Positions 1 to 6,624 of a stretch of DNA of 11,014 nucleotides are shown here, piece by piece. Below the pieces are notes generated by a model. The model was given only the letters and a program-made list of their open reading frames with translations, was not told where the DNA came from and searched no databases. Position 1 is the first letter of the stretch. Every line of letters begins with the position of its first letter. The DNA is from Candidatus Rokuibacteriota bacterium. Its GTDB lineage: Bacteria; Methylomirabilota; Methylomirabilia; Rokubacteriales; CSP1-6. The stretch spans positions 1-11,014 of the forward strand of contig JACPCX010000090.1 in NCBI GenBank assembly GCA_016184305.1, given 5' to 3'. Made by a program: the position numbers and the translations under genes.

Positions 1-380
1 ACGGTCTCCCCCTCCACACGCTCCATGAGGATGCCGGGCTTGAGCCCGTGGGGCGCGCCCTCGGGGATGCACCAGTAGGCCCGGGGCGCGGGGACGCCGG
101 CCGCGTGCATCGCCGCGATCACGCGCAGCTCGTCGTCGCGGGGGACGCGCGAGTAGAGGATCTCGGCGCCGCAGTCCGCGAGGAGGACGAGGCGGTGGAG
201 TCCCGCCCAGACGCCTCCCGCGATCTCCACGTCGAGCGCCCAGGCTTCCCGCATGGTGCCGCCGGGAAGCCGCGAGAGTGTGCGGATCGTCGCGGCATGC
301 CCGGTTTCGCCGGCGATGAAGACCTCGAGTCCCGCGTGGAGCGACTCCACCGGCGTGGCGGCGGACGCCTCCGAGCTCAC
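1..380 (-). CDS. Phosphotransferase (APH / ACAD10-11 kinase-domain / LvaA-like) family protein, N-terminal part; truncated by the window edge
   Basis: Not in the ORF track. Manual translation from GTG at 380 gives VSSEASAATPVESLHAGLEVFIAGETGHAATIRTLSRLPGGTMREAWALDVEIAGG...RDDELRVIAAMHAAGVPAPRAYWCIPEGAPHGLKPGILMERVEGET. The Gly-rich loop (LPGGTMREAW), E-x-RV...AGVPAP and LMERVEG fit the APH-family N-lobe. It lies directly downstream of an ACAD10/11-type dehydrogenase. Confidence 0.8.
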   Translation of the reverse strand, partial: MSSEASAATPVESLHAGLEVFIAGETGHAATIRTLSRLPGGTMREAWALDVEIAGGVWAGLHRLVLLADCGAEILYSRVPRDDELRVIAAMHAAGVPAPRAYWCIPEGAPHGLKPGILMERVEGET

Positions 381-411
381 CGCGGCGCCCGCGTCGCCGC
401 GCGGCTCCTGC

Positions 412-1608
412 TCACGGCCAACGGCGGATCTCGTGCTCGGCGATCTTGGCCTTGTGGACCTCGTCCGCGCCGTCGCCCAGTCGCAGGATGCGGGCGTACC
501 GCCACATGGCCGCCAGCGGGACGTCGTCGGTGACGCCCAGCGCCCCGTGGATCTGGATGGCGCGGTCCACCACGCGGCAGGCGGTCTGGGCGCAGATCAC
601 CTTGGCCATGGAGATGTGCGGCCACGCCTCCTTCTTCCCCATGGTGTCCATGGCCCAGGAGGCCTGGAGCATCATGAGGCGCGCGGCATTCACCTCGATC
701 CTGGAGGTGGCGATCATGTCCTGGACCATCTGCTTCTCGGCCAGCGCCCCGCCCACCACCATGCGCGTCCGCGCCCGGCGGGCCATCATCTCCACCGCGC
801 GATCGGCCATGCCCACGGCCCGCATGCAGTGGTGGATGCGGCCGGGCCCGAGCCGCGCCTGCGCCACGGCGAAGCCCTCGCCCTCCCCGCCGAGCAAGGC
901 GCTCCGTGGGACCCGCACCCCCTCGAAGGCGACCTCGCACTCGCCGGGGCCGCTCACGTGGCCGAATACCGGCATCGCCCGCACCACCGTGAGCCCCGGG
1001 TTGTCCATCGGCACCACGAGGAGGCTCACCCGCTTGTGGCGGGAGGCCGCCGGATCGGTCACGGCCATGACGAGGAGCACGCGCGCGTGCATGGCGCCCG
1101 TGGTGAACCACTTCCGCCCGCTGATGACGTAGTCGCCTCCGTCCCGGACGGCGCGCGTCTTCAGCTGGGTGGGGTCTGAGCCCGGCGTCATGGGCTCGGT
1201 CATGGAGAAGCCGCTGCGGATCTTGCCCTCGAGCAGCGGCTCGAGCCACTGCGCCTTCTGCTCGGGGTTGCCGTACTGCGCCAGGATCTCCATGTTGCCG
1301 GTGTCCGGCGCCGAGCAGTTGAAGACCTCGGAGGCCCAGAGGACACGCCCCATGATGGCCGCCAGCGGCGCGTACTCGAGGTTGCTGAGCCCGGGGCCAT
1401 GGGCGCGATCGGGCAGGAAGAGGTTCCAGAGCCCGGCGCCCCGGGCCACCGCTTTCAGCTCCTCGAGGATCGCGGGGCGGTGGTGGCGGTCACCCGAGCC
1501 CTCGATGGCCTCGTAGTAGGCGCGCTCGCTCGGGGAGACCCAGCGCTCCATGAACTCGGTGATCTGCTTCGAGAGGGTCGTGGCTCTCGCAGTGGGCGTC
1601 AGGTCCAT
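412..1608 (-). CDS. Acyl-CoA dehydrogenase, ACAD10/ACAD11/LvaC-type
   Basis: Motifs GLWNLFLP, FNCSAPDTGNME, FSMTEP, GRKWF, AQARLGPGRIHHCMR, AIQIHGALG and RLGDGADEVH. The ATG at 1608 is preferred over the GTG at 1623 because an AAGGAG RBS (1620-1615) precedes it. Confidence 0.93.
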   Translation of the reverse strand: MDLTPTARATTLSKQITEFMERWVSPSERAYYEAIEGSGDRHHRPAILEELKAVARGAGLWNLFLPDRAHGPGLSNLEYAPLAAIMGRVLWASEVFNCSAPDTGNMEILAQYGNPEQKAQWLEPLLEGKIRSGFSMTEPMTPGSDPTQLKTRAVRDGGDYVISGRKWFTTGAMHARVLLVMAVTDPAASRHKRVSLLVVPMDNPGLTVVRAMPVFGHVSGPGECEVAFEGVRVPRSALLGGEGEGFAVAQARLGPGRIHHCMRAVGMADRAVEMMARRARTRMVVGGALAEKQMVQDMIATSRIEVNAARLMMLQASWAMDTMGKKEAWPHISMAKVICAQTACRVVDRAIQIHGALGVTDDVPLAAMWRYARILRLGDGADEVHKAKIAEHEIRRWP

Positions 1609-1627
1609 GGATTGCTCCTTCACCTGG

Positions 1628-1663
1628 GGCGGGCACCCGGGCTGTCGCCCGCCCGTGCCCGCC
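1628..1663. other. GC-rich intergenic stem-loop between the two acyl-CoA dehydrogenase genes
   Basis: GGCGGGCAC (1628-1636) pairs with GTGCCCGCC (1655-1663), enclosing an inner CGGGC-TGTC-GCCCG stem. No U-tract follows in the operon (minus) direction. Confidence 0.5.
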
Positions 1664-1742
1664 GGTTTCTCGCGCTGCTCGATTTTCTGCAGCCGATCTC
1701 AGCCGCTGTCTTGGCTCGGTCTCCCTGCTCGCTCCCGCTCCC

Positions 1743-2885
1743 TCAGAGAAGCCCGAGGGACCGGGCGATGACGCTCAGCTGGATCTCGTTGGTGCCTTCC
1801 CCGATCCAGGCCTCGGGGGCGTCGCGGTAGAGACGCGCCACCTTCATCTCCTCCATGTAGCCGGCGCCGCCGTGGAGCAGGAGGGCCTCGCCGGTGACGC
1901 GCACCGCGGTCTCGCTTGCCAGTAACTTGGCCATGGAGGCCTCGCGGATGCACTCACGCCCCCCCATGTGAAGCCGGGCCGCGCGGTAGATCATCAGCCG
2001 GACGGCGTCGACGCGCGCCGCCTGGTCGGCGATCTTGAAGGCCACCGCCTGGAAGCTGCCGATGCTCTTGCCGAAGGCCTGCCGCTCTCCCGCGTAGCGC
2101 AGGATCAGCTCGTGGGCCTCCTGGGCCAGCCCGAGGCCGCGGTTGGCCACGAGGATGCGCCCCTCGGTGAGCGTCGCCTTGAGCTGGCCGAGCCCCTGCC
2201 CCACCTGGCCGAGCAGGCGGCGGCCGGGGACGCGCACGTCTTCGAGACTCACGAAGGCCGTCGAGGACGAGTGGTTGCCGACCTTGACGAGGTCGCGCGC
2301 GCTCACGCCGGGATCGTCGGTCTCGACGAGGAAGAGCGAGAGCGCATCCCCCGACCGTCCCTCGCCCGTGCGGGCGGCCACCACCATGAAGTCGGCGATC
2401 GCGCCGTTGGTGATGTAGAGCTTGCTCCCGTTGAGCACCCAGTCGCCGCCGCTGCGGCGCGCCGTCGTCTTGATCCCGCGGATATCGCTGCCGGCGTCCG
2501 GCTCGGTGAGACCGAAGGCGCCGATCCGTTCGCCCCGGAGCGCGGGCAGGAGGAACTCGCCCTGCTGCTCCTCCGTCCCGATGCGAAAGACGGGGCCGGC
2601 AGCCAGGTGCTGATGGGCGAAGACGCCGGCGGAGACGCCGGCCGAGGCGCGCGTCAATTCCTCGTAGAAGATGCACCCGATGAGGAGGTCGCCCCCACTG
2701 CCGCCCACCGCCTCGGGGAAATTCACCGCGAGGAAGCCGCCGTCGCGGAGAACCGGGTAGACCTCTCGCGGGAAGCGGTGCTCGCGCTCCCCCGCCTCGG
2801 CCAGCGGGGCGATCTTCGCCGTCACGAACCGCCTGAACTGGTCCCTGAACTCCCGGTGCTCCCGCTCCAGCCCGAAGTCTTCCAT
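1743..2885 (-). CDS. Acyl-CoA dehydrogenase, canonical (short/branched-chain-like)
   Basis: 380 aa. Motifs GAFGLTEPDAGSD, LNGSKLYITNG, ERQAFGKSIGSFQAV, ASMAK, HGGAGY and IGEGTNEIQ (canonical catalytic Glu). Confidence 0.95.
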   Translation of the reverse strand: MEDFGLEREHREFRDQFRRFVTAKIAPLAEAGEREHRFPREVYPVLRDGGFLAVNFPEAVGGSGGDLLIGCIFYEELTRASAGVSAGVFAHQHLAAGPVFRIGTEEQQGEFLLPALRGERIGAFGLTEPDAGSDIRGIKTTARRSGGDWVLNGSKLYITNGAIADFMVVAARTGEGRSGDALSLFLVETDDPGVSARDLVKVGNHSSSTAFVSLEDVRVPGRRLLGQVGQGLGQLKATLTEGRILVANRGLGLAQEAHELILRYAGERQAFGKSIGSFQAVAFKIADQAARVDAVRLMIYRAARLHMGGRECIREASMAKLLASETAVRVTGEALLLHGGAGYMEEMKVARLYRDAPEAWIGEGTNEIQLSVIARSLGLL

Positions 2886-2895
2886 GCCGTCGTTC

Positions 2896-3657
2896 CTACC
2901 AGGTGACGGTCTCGCCGCCGTCGATGTAGACGGTCTGGCCCGTCATGAAGTCCGAGGCCGGCGAGGCCAGGTACACCGCCAGCGGCCCCATCTCGTCGGG
3001 CTCGGCCAGGCGCCGCGCCGGGATCTTGGAGAGGATGAGGTCGCGGATGCGCGGCTCCGCGCGGGAGAAGTCGGTGGCGAGATAGCCCGGCGCCAGGCAG
3101 TTGACCTGGATATTGTGGCGCGCCCACTCGACGGCCAGGCAGCGGGTGAGGGCATCCACACCGGCCTTGCTCACGCAGTAGGCGGTGTGGCGCGACACGC
3201 CGAGGCGGCCCCACATGGAGCCGATATTGACGATCTTCCCCCGCCCCCGCGCGATCATCGAGGGGGCGACGGCGCGGCAGCAGCGGAACATGGACGTGAG
3301 GTTGGTGGAGAGCATCCCCTCCCACTCGTCGTCGGTCATCTCGACTGTCTTCTTCTCGATGACAATCCCCGCGTTGTTCACGAGGATGTCGATGGGCCCG
3401 AGCGCCTGCGTCACGGCGGCCACGGCCGTGACGATCTGCTCGCCGCGCGTGACGTCGAGGGGAAACGCGCGCGCCTGCCCGCCTGCCTCGCGGACGCGCG
3501 CCGCCGTGTCCTCCACCTGGTCCCCCGAGCGCGCGGCGCATGCCACCGTCGCGCCGGCCGCGCCGAAGGCCAGCGCGAGGGCCCGGCCGAGCCCGCGGCT
3601 CGCCCCGGTCACCAGCGCCACGCGCCCCGCCAGCGACAGCGCCTCCCCAGAGGTCAC
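2896..3657 (-). CDS. Short-chain dehydrogenase/reductase (SDR; FabG/gluconate-5-dehydrogenase-like, possibly LvaD-like oxoacyl-CoA reductase)
   Basis: Rossmann motif TGASRGLG, NNAG, catalytic YCVSK (YxxxK), VN.LAPG and C-terminal TGQTVYIDGG. The GTG start at 3657, after GGAGACGAAGGC, is more plausible than 3702. Confidence 0.93.
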   Translation of the reverse strand: MTSGEALSLAGRVALVTGASRGLGRALALAFGAAGATVACAARSGDQVEDTAARVREAGGQARAFPLDVTRGEQIVTAVAAVTQALGPIDILVNNAGIVIEKKTVEMTDDEWEGMLSTNLTSMFRCCRAVAPSMIARGRGKIVNIGSMWGRLGVSRHTAYCVSKAGVDALTRCLAVEWARHNIQVNCLAPGYLATDFSRAEPRIRDLILSKIPARRLAEPDEMGPLAVYLASPASDFMTGQTVYIDGGETVTW

Positions 3658-3705
3658 GCCTTCGTCTCCGTCATGTGGATGTGCCTCCCGCGCCCAACAC
3701 AATTG

Positions 3706-3719
3706 ACTGACTGGTTAGT
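3706..3719. promoter_or_regulatory. Putative TetR operator 1 (ACTGAC-TG-GTTAGT)
   Basis: Near-perfect 14-bp palindrome in the AT-richer divergent intergenic region, upstream of the SDR arm. It matches the site at 3828-3841. Confidence 0.6.
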
Positions 3720-3771
3720 GACAATCCATGGGGCGTCTGCCTCATTTCCCTGGGCCCCTCCGGCGAGCGCC

Positions 3772-3801
3772 TTGATGTTAGCGCATTCGACCCTCTACAA
3801 T
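3772..3801 (+). promoter_or_regulatory. Putative sigma70 promoter for the tetR-mutase-ligase arm
   Basis: TTGATG (3772-3777), an 18-nt spacer, then TACAAT (3796-3801). An alternative pair, TTGCGC (3817-3822) and TAGGTT (3841-3846), brackets operator 2. Confidence 0.4.
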
Positions 3802-3827
3802 GAAGCCTCGACTCGATTGCGCGGGTT

Positions 3828-3841
3828 ACTGAACGATTAGT
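3828..3841. promoter_or_regulatory. Putative TetR operator 2 (ACTGAA-CG-ATTAGT)
   Basis: Imperfect palindrome, extendable to TACT...AGTA (3827-3842), about 20 nt upstream of the tetR start. It shares ACTGA....TTAGT with operator 1. Confidence 0.6.
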
Positions 3842-3862
3842 AGGTTCGCCGATGAGGGCGCC

Positions 3863-4537
3863 ATGCGCAAGCGGAAGACTGCGGCGAGGGCCGGGGCTCA
3901 CCTCACGCGCGAGCGGATCCTCGCGGTGAGCGCCCGCGTGTTCAACCGCCGCGGCTACCACGGCACCACGCTCGACGACATCGCCCGGGCCCTCTCCGTC
4001 ACCAAGGCGGCGCTCTACTACCACGTCAAGAACAAGGAGGAGCTGCTCTTCCAGTGCCACCAGCTCGCGCTGGACATCGGCATGGAGGGCTTCCACCGCG
4101 CCTTGGCCCAGCCGGCGCCGCCCGACGAGCAGCTCCGCATGGCGCTGAGCCATTACATCGAGGGCATGGCCGACCAGCTCACGGGCACGGTGGTCCTGCT
4201 CGAGCAGGGGGCGCTGTCGCCACGCCATCACCGGCAGATCGTCCGCGGGCGGGACGAGTACGAGCAGGCGCTCCGCACGCTGATCGCCGGCGGCATCGCG
4301 GCCGGCGTCTTCGTGCCCTGCGATCCCAAGCTCGTGGGCTTCGCCATCCTGGGCGCGGTACACTGGATTCCGAAGTGGTACAATCCGGCCGGCCCGAGCC
4401 GGGCGCCGGAGATCGCCGAGGCCTTCGCCGCCTATCTCGTCCGCGGCCTGACGAAGCAGCCGTCGCCCGATCTGCCCGCGCCCCGGCGGACCGCCGCGGC
4501 GGCGGAGCGTGGAGTCCCCCATGACACCGCCGCCTGA
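3863..4537 (+). CDS. TetR/AcrR family transcriptional regulator (KstR2/PaaR-like, probably acyl-CoA responsive)
   Basis: N-terminal HTH RERILAVSARVFNRRGYHGTTLDDIARALSVTKAALYYHVKNKEELL. The C-terminal GIAAGVF...ILGAVHWIPKWYNPAG is typical of the KstR2-like C-domain. Confidence 0.93.
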   Translation: MRKRKTAARAGAHLTRERILAVSARVFNRRGYHGTTLDDIARALSVTKAALYYHVKNKEELLFQCHQLALDIGMEGFHRALAQPAPPDEQLRMALSHYIEGMADQLTGTVVLLEQGALSPRHHRQIVRGRDEYEQALRTLIAGGIAAGVFVPCDPKLVGFAILGAVHWIPKWYNPAGPSRAPEIAEAFAAYLVRGLTKQPSPDLPAPRRTAAAAERGVPHDTAA

Positions 4538-6212
4538 CGCCCCGCGCCCCCCCGACCTCCCCCGCAAGGGCCATCTCGACGCCTACTTCGAGAAGCCCGC
4601 GCGGCTCAGGACCTGGTCGGGCCTCGAGGTCAAGCCCGTGTATCGGCCCGAGGACGTCACCGGCGCCTACCAGGAGCGCCTGGGCGACCCCGGGCACTTC
4701 CCCTACGCGCGCGGCATCCACGCCGACATGTACCGGGGCAAGTACTGGACGCGGCGCGAGGTGTGCGGGTACGGCGGCCCGGAGGAGACGAACCAGCGGA
4801 TGAAGTTCCTGCTGGCCCAGGGCGCCTCGGGGCTCAACGTCATCTTCGACATCCCGACCATGACGGGGATGGACGCCGATCACCCGATGGTGGAGGAAGA
4901 GGTGGGCGTCCAGGGCACCTCGCTCTCCACGGTGGAGGACATGGAGGCCCTCATGGAGGGCCTGCCGCTGGACGGCATCAGCATGTCCATCGTCGTGACC
5001 TCCCATGCGGCGCCCGTGGTCCTCGCGATGTACCTGGCGGTGGCCCGCCGGCGGGGGCTCCCCCTCGACCGGCTGCGCGGCACGATCCAGAACGATCCGC
5101 TCCACCACCGCTTCTGCGGCTATCCGCCCGCCTACTCGCCGCTCAACCTGGGGCTCAAGACGGCGGTGGACTGCCTCGAGTTCTGCGCCCGGCAGATGCC
5201 GCACTGGTACCCGATCAACGTCAACGCCTACGACCTGCGCGAGGAGGGGCTGGGGGCGGCGGAGGAGATCGGCTTCTCCTTCGCCATGGCCCGCACCTAC
5301 ATCGACCGCGCCCTCGAGCGCGGGCTCGCCATCGACGAACTGGCTCCGCGGATGGTCTTCTACTGCTCGGCCCACATCGACCTCCTCGAGGAGGTGGCGA
5401 AGTTCCGCGCCATGCGGCGCATGTGGGCCCGGATGCTCCGCGACGAGTACGGCGCCCGCGATCCGCGCTCGTGGCAGTTCAGGTTCGGCGTCCACACGGC
5501 GGGCGTCTCCCTCGTCCCGCAGCAGCCGCTCAACAATATCGTCCGCGTCGCCTACGAGGCGCTCGCCGCCGTCCTGGGCGGCGCCCAGTCGCTGCACTGC
5601 TGCTCCTACGACGAGCCCATCTCGCTCCCCACCGAGCAGGCCCACCAGATCGCGATCCGCACCCAGCAGATCCTGGCCTACGAGACGGGCGCGGGGAACA
5701 CCGCCGACCCGCTGGGCGGCTCCTACTTCATCGAGGCGCTCACCGACCGCCTCGAGACGGAGGCGCGCGCCATCCTCTCGCGCATCGCCGAGCAGGGCGG
5801 GATGTTCCGGGCCATCGAGACCGGCTGGGTGGACCAGGAGCTCGAGAACGCCGCCTACCGCTACCAGCAGGAGGTGGAGCGCCGCGAGCGCCTCATCGTG
5901 GGATCCAACGCCTTCATCGTCCCGCCCGAGCAGGACCACGAGGTGCCCGCCCACCCGCGGCCGTCGGCCACGCAGGTCCGCGCGCGCCTGGACCAGCTGA
6001 AGCGCTTCCGCGATCTCCGGGACGCGGGCGCCGTCATGGCCGGGCTCCGGCGTTTGCGGGACGAGGCGGGGCAAGGCGAGCGCCACAACCTCATCCCCTG
6101 CCTCATGGACGTCGTCGGCGCCGGCGCGACGCTCGGCGAGGCGGTGGGGGTGATGCGCGAGGCCTATGGACATGCCTATGACCCGGCCGGCCAGATCCGC
6201 TCCGTCCTCTGA
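4521..6212 (+). CDS. Adenosylcobalamin-dependent acyl-CoA mutase, large (substrate-binding) subunit, methylmalonyl-CoA mutase family
   Basis: SGLEVKPVY, PGHFPYARGIHADMYRG, FDIPT..G.DAD, GTIQND, EEVAKFRAMRRMWA, TAGVSL..QQPLNNIVR, LGGAQSLH, DPLGGSYFIE and ATLGE. The ATG at 4521 follows GGAG (4511-4514). It has no C-terminal B12 domain, so it is the split type. Confidence 0.93.
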   Translation: MTPPPDAPRPPDLPRKGHLDAYFEKPARLRTWSGLEVKPVYRPEDVTGAYQERLGDPGHFPYARGIHADMYRGKYWTRREVCGYGGPEETNQRMKFLLAQGASGLNVIFDIPTMTGMDADHPMVEEEVGVQGTSLSTVEDMEALMEGLPLDGISMSIVVTSHAAPVVLAMYLAVARRRGLPLDRLRGTIQNDPLHHRFCGYPPAYSPLNLGLKTAVDCLEFCARQMPHWYPINVNAYDLREEGLGAAEEIGFSFAMARTYIDRALERGLAIDELAPRMVFYCSAHIDLLEEVAKFRAMRRMWARMLRDEYGARDPRSWQFRFGVHTAGVSLVPQQPLNNIVRVAYEALAAVLGGAQSLHCCSYDEPISLPTEQAHQIAIRTQQILAYETGAGNTADPLGGSYFIEALTDRLETEARAILSRIAEQGGMFRAIETGWVDQELENAAYRYQQEVERRERLIVGSNAFIVPPEQDHEVPAHPRPSATQVRARLDQLKRFRDLRDAGAVMAGLRRLRDEAGQGERHNLIPCLMDVVGAGATLGEAVGVMREAYGHAYDPAGQIRSVL

Positions 6213-6216
6213 GCCC

Positions 6217-6624
6217 GTGGCCGCCATCAAGGTGGTGCTCGGCAAGGTCAGCATGGACGGCCACGACCGGGGCGTGCGCGTGCTGGCGCGGCTGCTGCGG
6301 GATGCGGGAATGGAAGTCGTGTACCTCGGCAAGTTCCTCCCGCACGAGGCGCTGATCGAGGCCGCCATCCAGGAGAACGCCCAGGTGGTGGGCCTGTCGT
6401 TCCTGTCCGGGGAGCATCTGCCCCACACCCGCCGCTTCGCCGCAGCGCTCCGGAGCCGTGGCCTCACGGATGTGCTCTTGCTCGTGGGCGGGGTCATCCC
6501 GCGCCAGGATATCCCGCACCTCCTCGAGGGCGGCGCCGGCGGCGTCTTCGTGACGGGCACGCCGGTGGAGCAGGTGGTGGGCTTCATCCGCGACTGGGTG
6601 GCGGCGAAGGAGGCGAGCGGATGA
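6217..6624 (+). CDS. Cobalamin-binding small subunit of the acyl-CoA mutase
   Basis: DxHxxG motif (MDGHDRG), plus GLSFLSG, VGGVIP and FVTGTP. The start is uncertain: GTG 6217 just after the large-subunit stop, or an upstream ATG at 6166, 6172 or 6178. Confidence 0.92.
   Translation: MAAIKVVLGKVSMDGHDRGVRVLARLLRDAGMEVVYLGKFLPHEALIEAAIQENAQVVGLSFLSGEHLPHTRRFAAALRSRGLTDVLLLVGGVIPRQDIPHLLEGGAGGVFVTGTPVEQVVGFIRDWVAAKEASG

Noticed and set aside
48..3840. Plus-strand ORFs 48-533, 253-1179, 446-1132, 1968-2906, 2884-3840 and similar
   Set aside because: They are antisense to well-supported minus-strand genes and give low-complexity Arg/Gly/Ala/Pro-rich translations.
4763..6181. Alternative-frame ORFs 4763-6181 and 5005-6000 inside the mutase
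   Set aside because: They are same-strand off-frame artefacts. The mutase frame carries all the conserved motifs.
4521..6624. Assigning the gene symbols mutA/mcm, icmA/icmB or hcmA/hcmB
   Set aside because: The specificity residues match none of these cleanly, so a symbol would over-call the function.
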